Assembly: GCA_964582465.1 (NCBI GenBank)
Contig: CAZOQX010000003.1
Location: 1,115-65,114, forward strand
Length of the DNA: 64,000 nucleotides
Direction of reading: 5' to 3'
Source of the DNA: an uncultured Candidatus Saccharibacteria bacterium
Lineage (GTDB): Bacteria; Patescibacteriota; Saccharimonadia; UBA4664; CAZOQX01
This document shows positions 52,816 through 61,265 of the stretch, piece after piece. Position 1 is the stretch's first letter. The number at the start of each line of letters is the position of its first letter. Under the pieces are notes generated by a model. The model had not been told where the DNA came from. It made no database searches and worked only from the letters and a program-made list of their open reading frames with translations. The position numbers were made by a program, and so were the translations under genes.

Positions 52816-53205
52816 CTAGTCGGGGTAGATGGGCTCATCCCCGGTCATAATGAAGTGAAGGAAGACGTCTGCTACCCCTGGCAAGGCTTCATCCTCTGCC
52901 GGCTTATCCTTTACCGGGTCGCGGCCCTTCCAGCTCAAGAACTCGACAGCTGCCCTCATCGACAGCGAGCGGCGCACCTCTTGAGCTGAGAGTCGTGTGT
53001 GCTCTCTTGGGACCTCTTCAACCGTGGTATCGGCGCCGCTTGCGTCGATGTAAGCAGAGATGACCAGGGTCGTGGCCAAGACATTGCGAATCCTCACTAT
53101 CCCAACGGGCGAATGTACCGCACCCGCCGCCCGGGGATGCCATAAAGACAGGGCCTGGAACAAAGCTGTGGCCCGAATGTCTTCTTCTCTTGAGAGCAGA
53201 CTCAC
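52816..53205 (-). CDS. Hypothetical protein in a GC-rich islet downstream of the groEL terminator
   Basis: GTG start preceded by GAGGAGGGAAA. 129 aa. No family recognised. Confidence 0.45.
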   Translation of the reverse strand: MSLLSREEDIRATALFQALSLWHPRAAGAVHSPVGIVRIRNVLATTLVISAYIDASGADTTVEEVPREHTRLSAQEVRRSLSMRAAVEFLSWKGRDPVKDKPAEDEALPGVADVFLHFIMTGDEPIYPD

Positions 53206-53270
53206 TTTCCCTCCTCGGGGCTGGGTCCAACCAATTTTTCATCACCTCGAAGTAATTTACAAGCATAACA

Positions 53271-53296
53271 AAAAAGGAGCACGCGGGCTCCTTTTT
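53271..53296 (-). terminator. Rho-independent terminator of groES-groEL
   Basis: AAAAAGGAGC - loop - GCTCCTTTTT. On the minus strand it is followed by TTTTTTGTT, 20 nt after the groEL stop. Confidence 0.8.
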
Positions 53297-53315
53297 GAAA
53301 ATCGTGGGTTAGGCC

Positions 53316-54989
53316 TTAGTAGTCCATGCCGCCCATGGGCATGCCGCCGCCCGGCGCGCCGCCGGCCGCAGGCGGTTCGGGAATATCCACTACCAGAGCA
53401 CCCATGGTCATGGCCGTCCCGGCCACACTCACAGCGTTTTGGATAGCTTCTTTCGTGACCTTGGCCGGATCCACAATCCCTTTAGTTTTCATATCAACCA
53501 GTTTATCCGGCTCGTTCACATCAAATCCATGACCGAACGCGCCGTCCCAAACTTGGGCTAGTTTTTGCTCGGCATTCAAACCGGCATTAGCCATTAACTG
53601 CTTAAACGGCTCCTGCAAAGCACTGGCGAGAATCTTGGCCCCAGCTAATTGGGTTTCCGAGAGCTTGGGGTTGTTCTGGCTGAGCACCTTCGCGAAGTTC
53701 ACTAGCGTCACTTCCCCGCCCGGCACAATCCCCTCGGCCACCGCCGCCTTGGTCGCAGCCACGGCATCATCAACTCGGAATTTCTTTTCTTCAATCTCAG
53801 TTTCGGTCGCGCCACCAACCTTGATGACAGCAACTTTGCCTTTTAGAGCAGCTAGTCGCTTCTCGAAGTTTTCCTTTTCGAATTCGCTAGTAGCCTTTTC
53901 GACCTGCAGCTTCAATTGAGAAATGCGATCTTTAATGGCCGCCGGGTCACCGTATCCCTCAACAATCGTGGTGTTATCCTTGTCGGCTACAATCTTGCGC
54001 GCGCTGCCGAGCATACTCACATCGGCATTCTCAAAGGTATGGCCCTGGTCCTCAGAGATCATGGTGGCACCAGTGAGAACGGCAATGTCTTCAAGAATGG
54101 CCTTGCGGCGATCACCAAAGGCCGGCGCCTTGATGGCGAGCGTATTAAAGACGCCTTTCAAACGGTTCAAGACAAGCGTGGCTAGAGCCTCGCCCTCAAC
54201 GTCTTCGGCAATAATGACGAGCTCTTTCTTCCCGCCCTGGGCAATTTTCTCGAGTAGCGGCAAAATTTCTTGAATTGAGCCGACCTTTTTGTCGGTCACC
54301 AAAATTAAAGGTTTTTCGTAAACGGCTTCCATGCGCCCCGGATCGGTCACCATATAGGCGCTGACGTAACCGCGATCAATTTGGAAACCTTCAACCACTT
54401 CGCTTTCAATCCCCAAGCTCTGGGACTGCTCGACGGTGACGGAGCCATCTTCGCCGACCGCCTCGATGACATTTGCGATCATCTGACCGATCTCGGGGTT
54501 GCCAGCCGAAACGGTGGCAACTTGAGCGATCTTTTCCTTCTTGCCTTTAATCTGCTCCGTCACTCCCGCTTTGCCGAGGTAGCCTAGGACAAAATCTTGG
54601 GCGTATTCCAAGCCTTTGCGCAGTTCCATTGGGTTATGACCAGCCGTAATAAGCTTGTTGGCCTCACTTAAGATGTGGTAGGCCAGAATTGTGGCAGTAG
54701 TGGTGCCGTCGCCAACTTGGTCGTTGGTCTTGGATGCGGCCTCTTTGATCAATTCGGCCCCGACTTTGTGGCCCAGCGTGTCAGTATCTTTATCTTGTTT
54801 TTCAGCCACTTCGATGGCCTTAGCCACTGTCACGCCATCATGCGTCACAGTCTGGTTACCATAACTTTTACCAATCACAACATTGCGGCCCTTCGGCCCC
54901 ATCGTCACGCGCACGGCGTCGTAGAGTTCTTTGGCGCCGGCGAGCACCCGATTGCGCGCTTCGTCATCATAGTAAACTTTCTTTGCCAT
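53316..54989 (-). CDS. groL: Chaperonin GroEL
   Basis: 557 aa with AKKVYYDDEARNRVLAGAKELYDAVRVTMGPKGRNVVI, DGTTTATILA, and a C-terminal GGMPMGGMDY repeat tail. Confidence 0.98.
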   Translation of the reverse strand: MAKKVYYDDEARNRVLAGAKELYDAVRVTMGPKGRNVVIGKSYGNQTVTHDGVTVAKAIEVAEKQDKDTDTLGHKVGAELIKEAASKTNDQVGDGTTTATILAYHILSEANKLITAGHNPMELRKGLEYAQDFVLGYLGKAGVTEQIKGKKEKIAQVATVSAGNPEIGQMIANVIEAVGEDGSVTVEQSQSLGIESEVVEGFQIDRGYVSAYMVTDPGRMEAVYEKPLILVTDKKVGSIQEILPLLEKIAQGGKKELVIIAEDVEGEALATLVLNRLKGVFNTLAIKAPAFGDRRKAILEDIAVLTGATMISEDQGHTFENADVSMLGSARKIVADKDNTTIVEGYGDPAAIKDRISQLKLQVEKATSEFEKENFEKRLAALKGKVAVIKVGGATETEIEEKKFRVDDAVAATKAAVAEGIVPGGEVTLVNFAKVLSQNNPKLSETQLAGAKILASALQEPFKQLMANAGLNAEQKLAQVWDGAFGHGFDVNEPDKLVDMKTKGIVDPAKVTKEAIQNAVSVAGTAMTMGALVVDIPEPPAAGGAPGGGMPMGGMDY

Positions 54990-54998
54990 TCTTCTCTC

Positions 54999-55265
54999 CT
55001 ACTTCTTTACGACTGCGAGGACATCTTCCTCTTTTAATAACAAAAGCTCTTCGCCACTCACCTTCACTTCGGTGGGCCCGTATTTGGTGTACATGATCTT
55101 GTCGCCCACCTTTACTTCTTTCACATCTTTGCCGACTGCCACTACCTCGCCCATTTGGGGTTTTTCTTTGGCAGTATCGGGCAAAATAATGCCTCCTGGT
55201 GAGCGGTCTTCGGCTTCCAGCGATTTTGCGACCAGACGGTCAGCCAAAGGCTGTAATTTCATCAT
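54999..55265 (-). CDS. groS: Co-chaperonin GroES
   Basis: 88 aa with KLQPLADRLVAKSLEAEDRSPGGIILPDTAKEKPQMGEVVAVG. Confidence 0.97.
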   Translation of the reverse strand: MMKLQPLADRLVAKSLEAEDRSPGGIILPDTAKEKPQMGEVVAVGKDVKEVKVGDKIMYTKYGPTEVKVSGEELLLLKEEDVLAVVKK

Positions 55266-55288
55266 TGCCTCCTTAAAGCGCTTAAGTA

Positions 55289-55315
55289 TTTAGCACTCGC
55301 AGTATATGAGTGCTA
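55289..55315. promoter_or_regulatory. CIRCE operator (HrcA-binding inverted repeat) upstream of groES
   Basis: Perfect consensus TTAGCACTC-N9-GAGTGCTAA, 24 nt upstream of the groES start. Confidence 0.9.
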
Positions 55316-55338
55316 ACGCTAGAAATATGGTAGCTAGA

Positions 55339-56109
55339 TCAATTCTTAGTGTCAAGCGTGGCCGCTTCGATCAGACCCTCTATCTGACGTGCCGTGTCCT
55401 CTGGGCCTTTCACCTTAATCACGTCATACCCAGCCAGCTTCACCACCTCGTCATTACCCCCTGGGGCGAGAGCATCACCAACGTAAACCACCTGGTCCCT
55501 CTCTAGGCCCAACACATCTTTAAGCTTAGTGATGGCGGTGGCCTTGTCCACTCCTTGCAGAGTTACATCAATCGAGGTTAGTCCGGCAGTATGTACGGCG
55601 TAATCAGGCAACTTGGGGATGAGCGCCGCGCGCAACCTGGCCCTCTTGATGCCATCAGGGTCCCAGGACTGCTTCTCTCCAAGCTTGGCCTGCTGCCCTA
55701 GGGCCGAAAATGTCATTTGGCTAACGCGGTCTTCAATAATTTCCCCAGCCGGCTGCGGTTCCCAGTAGCCGAGCTGCTTCGCCGTTTGTTCAATAATTGC
55801 GGCAATGCTTGCCTTCGCCGCCGCCGGAATCTCGTCCGCATAAATCTCGGTCCAAGCCGATCTATCCAAATCGTAACGAAAATAATTCGTGCCGTTCGTC
55901 GGCAAAATGTGCAGATTCTTTAGCTCCTCGACACTAGCCCGTAGCGGGTCAATCAGCTGGGTTTGGAAGCGCTCAAAGGCCGCCCCGCTAGTTACCGCCA
56001 CCTCGTATCGCGCGAGCAGTTTACGCATCAGCTCCGCCATCTCGGCACTAAGTTCCACTTTGCTTTCGGTGAGTGTGCCATCCAAATCAAAAACGATCAG
56101 CTTCTTCAT
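55339..56109 (-). CDS. HAD-IIB family hydrolase (phosphomannomutase-like)
   Basis: The ATG at 56109 is preceded by AGGTGA and gives MKKLIVFDLDGTLTESK (HAD motif I). The C-terminus has VYVGDALAPGGNDE (motif IV). Confidence 0.75.
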   Translation of the reverse strand: MKKLIVFDLDGTLTESKVELSAEMAELMRKLLARYEVAVTSGAAFERFQTQLIDPLRASVEELKNLHILPTNGTNYFRYDLDRSAWTEIYADEIPAAAKASIAAIIEQTAKQLGYWEPQPAGEIIEDRVSQMTFSALGQQAKLGEKQSWDPDGIKRARLRAALIPKLPDYAVHTAGLTSIDVTLQGVDKATAITKLKDVLGLERDQVVYVGDALAPGGNDEVVKLAGYDVIKVKGPEDTARQIEGLIEAATLDTKN

Positions 56110-56113
56110 AATT

Positions 56114-56509
56114 TCACCTAATCCCCGAATCAAATCGAATTACCACCCGGACGTCTTCGCCATCAGCCACTACCACTGGCTGTTGCCCGCCACCTATAGC
56201 CAGATTCACGGGGATGGCTGTACCGATCAAAGTATAGCGACCCGGCTTAACTTTAACTCTGAACTTACCATCCATATCAGATTTAGTTTTTGCCACTTTT
56301 TTTCCGGCAGAATCATTTACTTCAACCGAGTAGCTAAGGAGAGGCTTGCTGCACGGCCCGCCAAACTGGCATACGGGGCTGGTGGGACTAACCATGGCCG
56401 TACCGGAAATTGTCGCCGTTTGACCAGTGTGCGAGTGGTAATACAACCACAACCCAAAAGCACCTAGCACAACTACAATTACTACCAGCCAAGGCCATTT
56501 CTTCCTCAT
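56114..56509 (-). CDS. Membrane-anchored carboxypeptidase-regulatory-like (Ig-like beta-sandwich) domain protein
   Basis: N-terminal TM (WPWLVVIVVVLGAFGLWLYY). The SDMDGKFRVKVKPGRYTL motif is typical of CarboxypepD_reg-like folds. Confidence 0.55.
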   Translation of the reverse strand: MRKKWPWLVVIVVVLGAFGLWLYYHSHTGQTATISGTAMVSPTSPVCQFGGPCSKPLLSYSVEVNDSAGKKVAKTKSDMDGKFRVKVKPGRYTLIGTAIPVNLAIGGGQQPVVVADGEDVRVVIRFDSGIR

Positions 56510-56835
56510 TTGCGGCCAACTTCTTCATACGCGGAAACCACGATCGAGCTCAAATTAGCCCATAAAAGCGGCATCCAGATCGGTACGCCGGCCAGTTGAG
56601 GCCGGGCGTAAACCCAAGCATGGGAAATGTTAACTAAAAAAGCTTCAGCCAAAAACCCCATTATGAGAGTGAGCAAGAACCAACGCGATTCGTGCTTAAG
56701 CGGCAGGTGGCGGTGTTTGACTATGGCCGCCACAATTAGCGCAAACACTAGTAGAAATGGCCAGCGCCACAAGGCGGCTACAGCAAACATCAGGAAAGCA
56801 AAGTAAAAACTGAGCCAAGAAAGTTTCTTATTCAC
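56506..56835 (-). CDS. Small polytopic membrane protein, unknown function
   Basis: The GTG at 56835 overlaps the murE stop by 8 nt (GTGAATAA) and gives a roughly 109-aa, 3-4 TM protein. The longer listed ORF (to 56919) overlaps murE extensively. Confidence 0.5.
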   Translation of the reverse strand: MNKKLSWLSFYFAFLMFAVAALWRWPFLLVFALIVAAIVKHRHLPLKHESRWFLLTLIMGFLAEAFLVNISHAWVYARPQLAGVPIWMPLLWANLSSIVVSAYEEVGRK

Positions 56836-58138
56836 CTGGGCCTCGCTTGATTGCCCTGGCAGCCTCAGCCATCTCGTCCCACGGCCGTTTTTCCTTTCCG
56901 TGCAGAATATTTGATTCATGCCCCTTACCGAGCAGCAGAATCGTATCGTCTTTTTTAGCTAAATCGACCGCCTTTTTGATCGCTTTAGAGCGGTCATGCA
57001 CCAGGAAAAGATCCTGGTCAAGCTTTTTGCCAGCCTTCTTCGCGCCCGCCGCGATTTCGTCCATAATCACCAAGCCATCCTCGGTCCGATCATCCTCTTC
57101 CGTGATCACCACGATATCACACCACTTCCCCGCTACCTCGCCCTGCATCGGCCGCTTAGCGTGGTCGCGCTCACCGGCGCTACCGAATACCACAATCAGG
57201 CGCCCTTTGGTCACCGGTTTAATTTCGGCAAAGACCTTTTCAAACGACTCGGGCGTGTGGGCATAATCCACAATCAAGGTAAAATCCTGGCCCAAATCAA
57301 CCGTGTTCATTCGTCCCTCGACGCTTTTTACGCCAACAATCCCGTCTTCAATTTGCTTGTCGCTTAGTTTAAGCGCGATGCCGACTCCAATCGCCGCCAA
57401 AGCATTTAGCACGTTAAAGCTGCCGGGCAAATTCAGCCACAAATTCAATGTCCGGTCCCTATAACTGGCCGTAAAACCACTGCCGCCCGCCTCGGCAGTA
57501 ATATTAGACCCTCGCAATTCCCCTTTGGAAATCCCATACGTCAACGGTTTAGGTACCACCCCAGCGAACAAATCCGCACTAGGGTCTTCGGCATTCACCA
57601 CTCCCACACCTGAACTGTGAGGATTTTGGGCCACCCGTTTAAACAGTCGCAGCTTCGCATCACGGTAACGTTCAAAAGAGCCGTGATAATCCAGATGCTC
57701 ATGCGTCACATTTGTCATCACAGCCAGCGAATAACGAATCCCCCACAGCCGACCCTGAGCCAGAGCATGGCTGGTCGTTTCAATAATGATCCAATCAAGC
57801 TGGTGGGCCCGGGCTTGCTTCAAAATCTTCACTAGCGGAAAAGCCTGGATCGCCGTCATCCGAGTCGGATTTGGCCGCAGCCCATCTCCCACATCCACGG
57901 AAACGGTCGTCACCAACCCAACCTTAAACCCCGCCGCTTTCAGCATGCTATGAATTAAGGTGCTGGTCGTGGTTTTGCCGTCTGTACCAGTTACACCGAT
58001 AATTTTCAATTTTCGCGCCGGAAAGCCACCGAGCAGCTGCGCGAGCATCATTTCGCCGGTGTGCCCCCACGGCTCAATTAATTTGAACAGCCGCTTCGGA
58101 ATAAAGAACTTTACTAATCTGCGAAATTTTTCTTCCAT
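56828..58138 (-). CDS. murE: Mur ligase, MurE-like (UDP-MurNAc-L-Ala-D-Glu:2,6-diaminopimelate ligase), short N-terminus
   Basis: IIGVTGTDGKTTTSTL P-loop, DYAHTPESFEKVF and FGSAGERDHAKRPMQGEVA motifs. At 436 aa it lacks most of the usual MurE N-terminal domain. Confidence 0.75.
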   Translation of the reverse strand: MEEKFRRLVKFFIPKRLFKLIEPWGHTGEMMLAQLLGGFPARKLKIIGVTGTDGKTTTSTLIHSMLKAAGFKVGLVTTVSVDVGDGLRPNPTRMTAIQAFPLVKILKQARAHQLDWIIIETTSHALAQGRLWGIRYSLAVMTNVTHEHLDYHGSFERYRDAKLRLFKRVAQNPHSSGVGVVNAEDPSADLFAGVVPKPLTYGISKGELRGSNITAEAGGSGFTASYRDRTLNLWLNLPGSFNVLNALAAIGVGIALKLSDKQIEDGIVGVKSVEGRMNTVDLGQDFTLIVDYAHTPESFEKVFAEIKPVTKGRLIVVFGSAGERDHAKRPMQGEVAGKWCDIVVITEEDDRTEDGLVIMDEIAAGAKKAGKKLDQDLFLVHDRSKAIKKAVDLAKKDDTILLLGKGHESNILHGKEKRPWDEMAEAARAIKRGPGE

Positions 58139-59178
58139 CAGTAGAACAGCTCGTGCTTAACTTTCACATTATAGGCCTGGACGAGACGTTCACCGAGCTT
58201 AGTCCAGACTCGGTAGCGGGCACTCGCCAGCGGCAAATCCCACAGCCCGACGTATTCAGTGATATATGGATTAAAGCCAGTTTTGAAGCGGGCCAAACCG
58301 GCAAAACGGTGGTCTGGGTTATCGATTTCGGCGGCCGGAGGTGTGCCGTGCAAATCATATTCCGTAACACCGCGGGCTTTCAGCCAGCGCATCACTTCCC
58401 ACTGCAGTAAATAGGCCGCTTGCAGATCTGAGTGCTCTCGGGTCGAGCCACCATCCTTATACAGGCCCTTTTTACCCAGAAAAGTAGCGAAAACTCCGGC
58501 GAGCACCTGACCCTCGTAACGCGCAAAGAACATCTGGCCAGTTCCGCCGGCAGCGTGCAAGTGCCAAAAGTCTGCAAAGTAATCAATTGAGCGCAGATAA
58601 AATCCGGCGCGCTCCTTGGTGGCTTGCATGAGCTTATACATTTGTTGAATTGAATCGCGATCCGTGGGCACCGGCTCAATGAGGACTCCTTTGCGCTCGG
58701 CCAGCCGAATATTATAGCGAGTTTTTTGTTTGAAACTCGCGATAATTTCTTCCTCCTCCGGCGCTAAGTCCACCACTACAGTATCAACATTTAACTGCAA
58801 ATCGTGGGCCTTGATCAGCCCCAGTCGGGAGAGTTGATCGGCTTTAACATCTTCGCGCAACAATTCTGGTTCAACTTTGACCAATAGGGCGCCTGTGGCT
58901 GCTGCCGCCAACTGGGGAAGGAGTTTTTGGAATTGATCGAAATCTGCTACGCCGGGGCCCTTGGGCACATACCACAATTCGCCCAGCGCTGTCCGCCGGC
59001 TGAGGGCCAGCACCGCCACCTCTCCTGCCGCTAATTCTCCGATTAAATAATGGGGGTTCCAGCCGTGGCGCTGCTTGGTCTCGGCAAATGCCGCTACCTG
59101 GAGTACGTTGCCGCCATCAGGGTTCGCCGCCACCAGCTCGTCCCACTTTGCTGTTTCAGCCGGGGTCGCAGACCTCAT
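58138..59178 (-). CDS. FemAB-family peptidoglycan interpeptide-bridge aminoacyltransferase, paralog 1
   Basis: The ATG at 59178 (ATGA overlap with the upstream paralog) gives MRSATPAETAKWDELVAANPDGGNVLQVAAFAETKQRHGW... The FemX-like N-terminus, paired GNAT-like halves and C-terminal GLARFKTGFNP are present. Confidence 0.75.
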   Translation of the reverse strand: MRSATPAETAKWDELVAANPDGGNVLQVAAFAETKQRHGWNPHYLIGELAAGEVAVLALSRRTALGELWYVPKGPGVADFDQFQKLLPQLAAAATGALLVKVEPELLREDVKADQLSRLGLIKAHDLQLNVDTVVVDLAPEEEEIIASFKQKTRYNIRLAERKGVLIEPVPTDRDSIQQMYKLMQATKERAGFYLRSIDYFADFWHLHAAGGTGQMFFARYEGQVLAGVFATFLGKKGLYKDGGSTREHSDLQAAYLLQWEVMRWLKARGVTEYDLHGTPPAAEIDNPDHRFAGLARFKTGFNPYITEYVGLWDLPLASARYRVWTKLGERLVQAYNVKVKHELFY

Positions 59179-60143
59179 CGGCGCACCAATTTGATCAGCC
59201 GTCGACCAACAGGTTTCAGCACCGGCCACAATCCGACCAATACGTTATACAGGGCAAAATTAAAGGGCAGGTCCAAGCTACCAATATAGTCGGTTTCGGC
59301 TGGTCCAAAGTTGGCTTTAAACTGGCTGACGCCCTCGTTCAGCCGACCGTTAAAGTCATAGGTGCTGAGCCCCGCCGCCTGCATCGCTTCAATGGCCCGC
59401 CACTTTAGTAAATAATTTGCCCGGGCTGCCGCCCCCGCGGCCGTCATGCCACCGTAAAGCTCAAAAGCTACTCCCCCACCTGTCATTAGCCAGACAAACG
59501 CCTCCGGGCGGCTGCCAACCTCGGCGTAGGCTACGAAATTCCGCTCGGGCGCAAGCTCGAACAAGTGTTTGTAATAATCAAAATCATGCAGCCCAAAACC
59601 GGCCCGCTTGGCCGTATCCGCGTAAATGCGCCAGAAGTCGGCCAACTCATCAGGGGAGGTGACCCGTCTAACTTTCACCCCCTCAGCTTCAGCCTTACGC
59701 ATGTATTGCCGTGCCTTTGGCCGCATGTCCGCCATTATCTCCGTTTGATCGCGCCGCAAGTTGATCGTGTAGGTTTCACTCATAAGTACCGGCTGCCTGG
59801 ATCGCCGCCAGCCGTGCGGCAGAGTGCCGGGTGGCCAGGCCGGTTCAACTTTTAAATACAACGCCTTGCGCGTACGCACCAGTTCCGCCAACTCCCTCAG
59901 CAACCCCGCGGCCCTAGTCGGGTCAGCTACTGGTCCTCGCGGCACATATGCAACCTTGAAACCCGTTCCAGGAATCGGCCAAAAAAGCACTTGAGCAGCA
60001 CCGTGTTCACCCTGCCACCGTCTCGGCTCCCAACCATTCAAACGCTTCAATTCGCCCCACTCCCATAGTTGCAAAGGATGGCCATAGGGGCTAGCCTCGA
60101 CCAGTTCGTTCCACTGCTTTTGGTCCGTCACTTCCGTGAGCAT
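59175..60143 (-). CDS. FemAB-family peptidoglycan interpeptide-bridge aminoacyltransferase, paralog 2
   Basis: The ATG at 60143 gives MLTEVTDQKQWNELVEASPYGHPLQLWEWGELKRLNGW..., ending in GVSQFKANFGP. The listed longer ORF (to 60305) overlaps the divergent tsaD start. Confidence 0.75.
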   Translation of the reverse strand: MLTEVTDQKQWNELVEASPYGHPLQLWEWGELKRLNGWEPRRWQGEHGAAQVLFWPIPGTGFKVAYVPRGPVADPTRAAGLLRELAELVRTRKALYLKVEPAWPPGTLPHGWRRSRQPVLMSETYTINLRRDQTEIMADMRPKARQYMRKAEAEGVKVRRVTSPDELADFWRIYADTAKRAGFGLHDFDYYKHLFELAPERNFVAYAEVGSRPEAFVWLMTGGGVAFELYGGMTAAGAAARANYLLKWRAIEAMQAAGLSTYDFNGRLNEGVSQFKANFGPAETDYIGSLDLPFNFALYNVLVGLWPVLKPVGRRLIKLVRR

Positions 60144-60197
60144 AAGGTTATTGTAGCTGAACTTGGTGACCAAAGGCGAGCCCGTTAAAATAGAGGC

Positions 60198-61232
60198 ATG
60201 AATATTCTGGGCATCGAAACCTCCTGCGATGAAACTGCCGCCGCGGTCGTGGCAGATGGCAAACACATTTTGTCGAACATCGTGGCCTCTCAGATCGACT
60301 TGCACGCCCAGTACGGCGGCGTCATTCCCGAGCTTGCTGCCCGCTCACACATCGGGGAAATCGTGCCCGTGGTGGCGCTCGCCCTGAAGGAAGCAAAGCT
60401 CAACTGGGGTCAGATTGATGGCATCGCCGTGACGGCTGGCCCCGGGCTTCTAGGCTCTCTCATGATCGGCACGCTCACGGCTGCAACCCTGGCTGAGATC
60501 AAGCACATACCGCTTTACGGCGTCGATCATGTCGAAGCGCATGCCTACGCCAATTTTCTAGACACAAAACGCCCCCCGGCCTTCCCTCTACTGGCGTTAA
60601 TCGTCTCTGGTGGCCACACCCAGCTAGTACTGTTTAAGAAACATTTGGACTACACCGTTTTAGGCCAAACCCGAGATGACGCCGCTGGTGAGGCATTCGA
60701 TAAAGTGGCAAAGCTGCTTGATCTCGGATATCCCGGCGGCCCCGCCATTGCCAAGTCCGCTCTGGGCGCAAATGAAGCCGCTTACGCTCTGCCAAAACCC
60801 AAACTCGACTCAAACTACGACTTTAGTTTTTCGGGCCTTAAAACGGCTGTATTACGCCTCGTTCAAAACCTAGTCGGCAAGGACTTCACTGCTCCTTCCG
60901 CCGGGCTCGCCAAATCTTTATCCAAGAATCAGATTAATGACCTCGCCGCCTCGTTCCAAAAAACGGTCGTGGATATCCTGGTTAACGCTACCCTATCAGC
61001 CTATGAACAATTCCATCCCCAATCTGTTGTAATCGCAGGAGGAGTTGCCGCTAACCAAAGGTTGCGTGACGAGCTCAAAGCCCGTCTACCCATCGCCATC
61101 GAATACGCTCCGATGAACTTGTGTACCGATAACGCCGCCATGGTCGCCGCGCTGGGCTATCACCTTGCCCACGCCGGCCGCGCGACCGATCCTACCAAGC
61201 TGAAAGCCAATCCGATTCTGAGCATGAGCTAG
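60198..61232 (+). CDS. tsaD: tRNA N6-adenosine threonylcarbamoyltransferase TsaD
   Basis: MNILGIETSCDETAAAV, HIGEIVP, VDHVEAHAYA and SGGHTQL motifs. Confidence 0.96.
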   Translation: MNILGIETSCDETAAAVVADGKHILSNIVASQIDLHAQYGGVIPELAARSHIGEIVPVVALALKEAKLNWGQIDGIAVTAGPGLLGSLMIGTLTAATLAEIKHIPLYGVDHVEAHAYANFLDTKRPPAFPLLALIVSGGHTQLVLFKKHLDYTVLGQTRDDAAGEAFDKVAKLLDLGYPGGPAIAKSALGANEAAYALPKPKLDSNYDFSFSGLKTAVLRLVQNLVGKDFTAPSAGLAKSLSKNQINDLAASFQKTVVDILVNATLSAYEQFHPQSVVIAGGVAANQRLRDELKARLPIAIEYAPMNLCTDNAAMVAALGYHLAHAGRATDPTKLKANPILSMS

Positions 61233-61265
61233 CAGACACCTGGCAGAAATTGTAAGATTAGCCTT

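Noticed and set aside
53326-55037. Many + strand ORFs across groEL (for example 53326-53532, 53635-53919, 53923-54273, 54675-55037)
   Set aside because: They are antisense to GroEL, whose identity is unambiguous.
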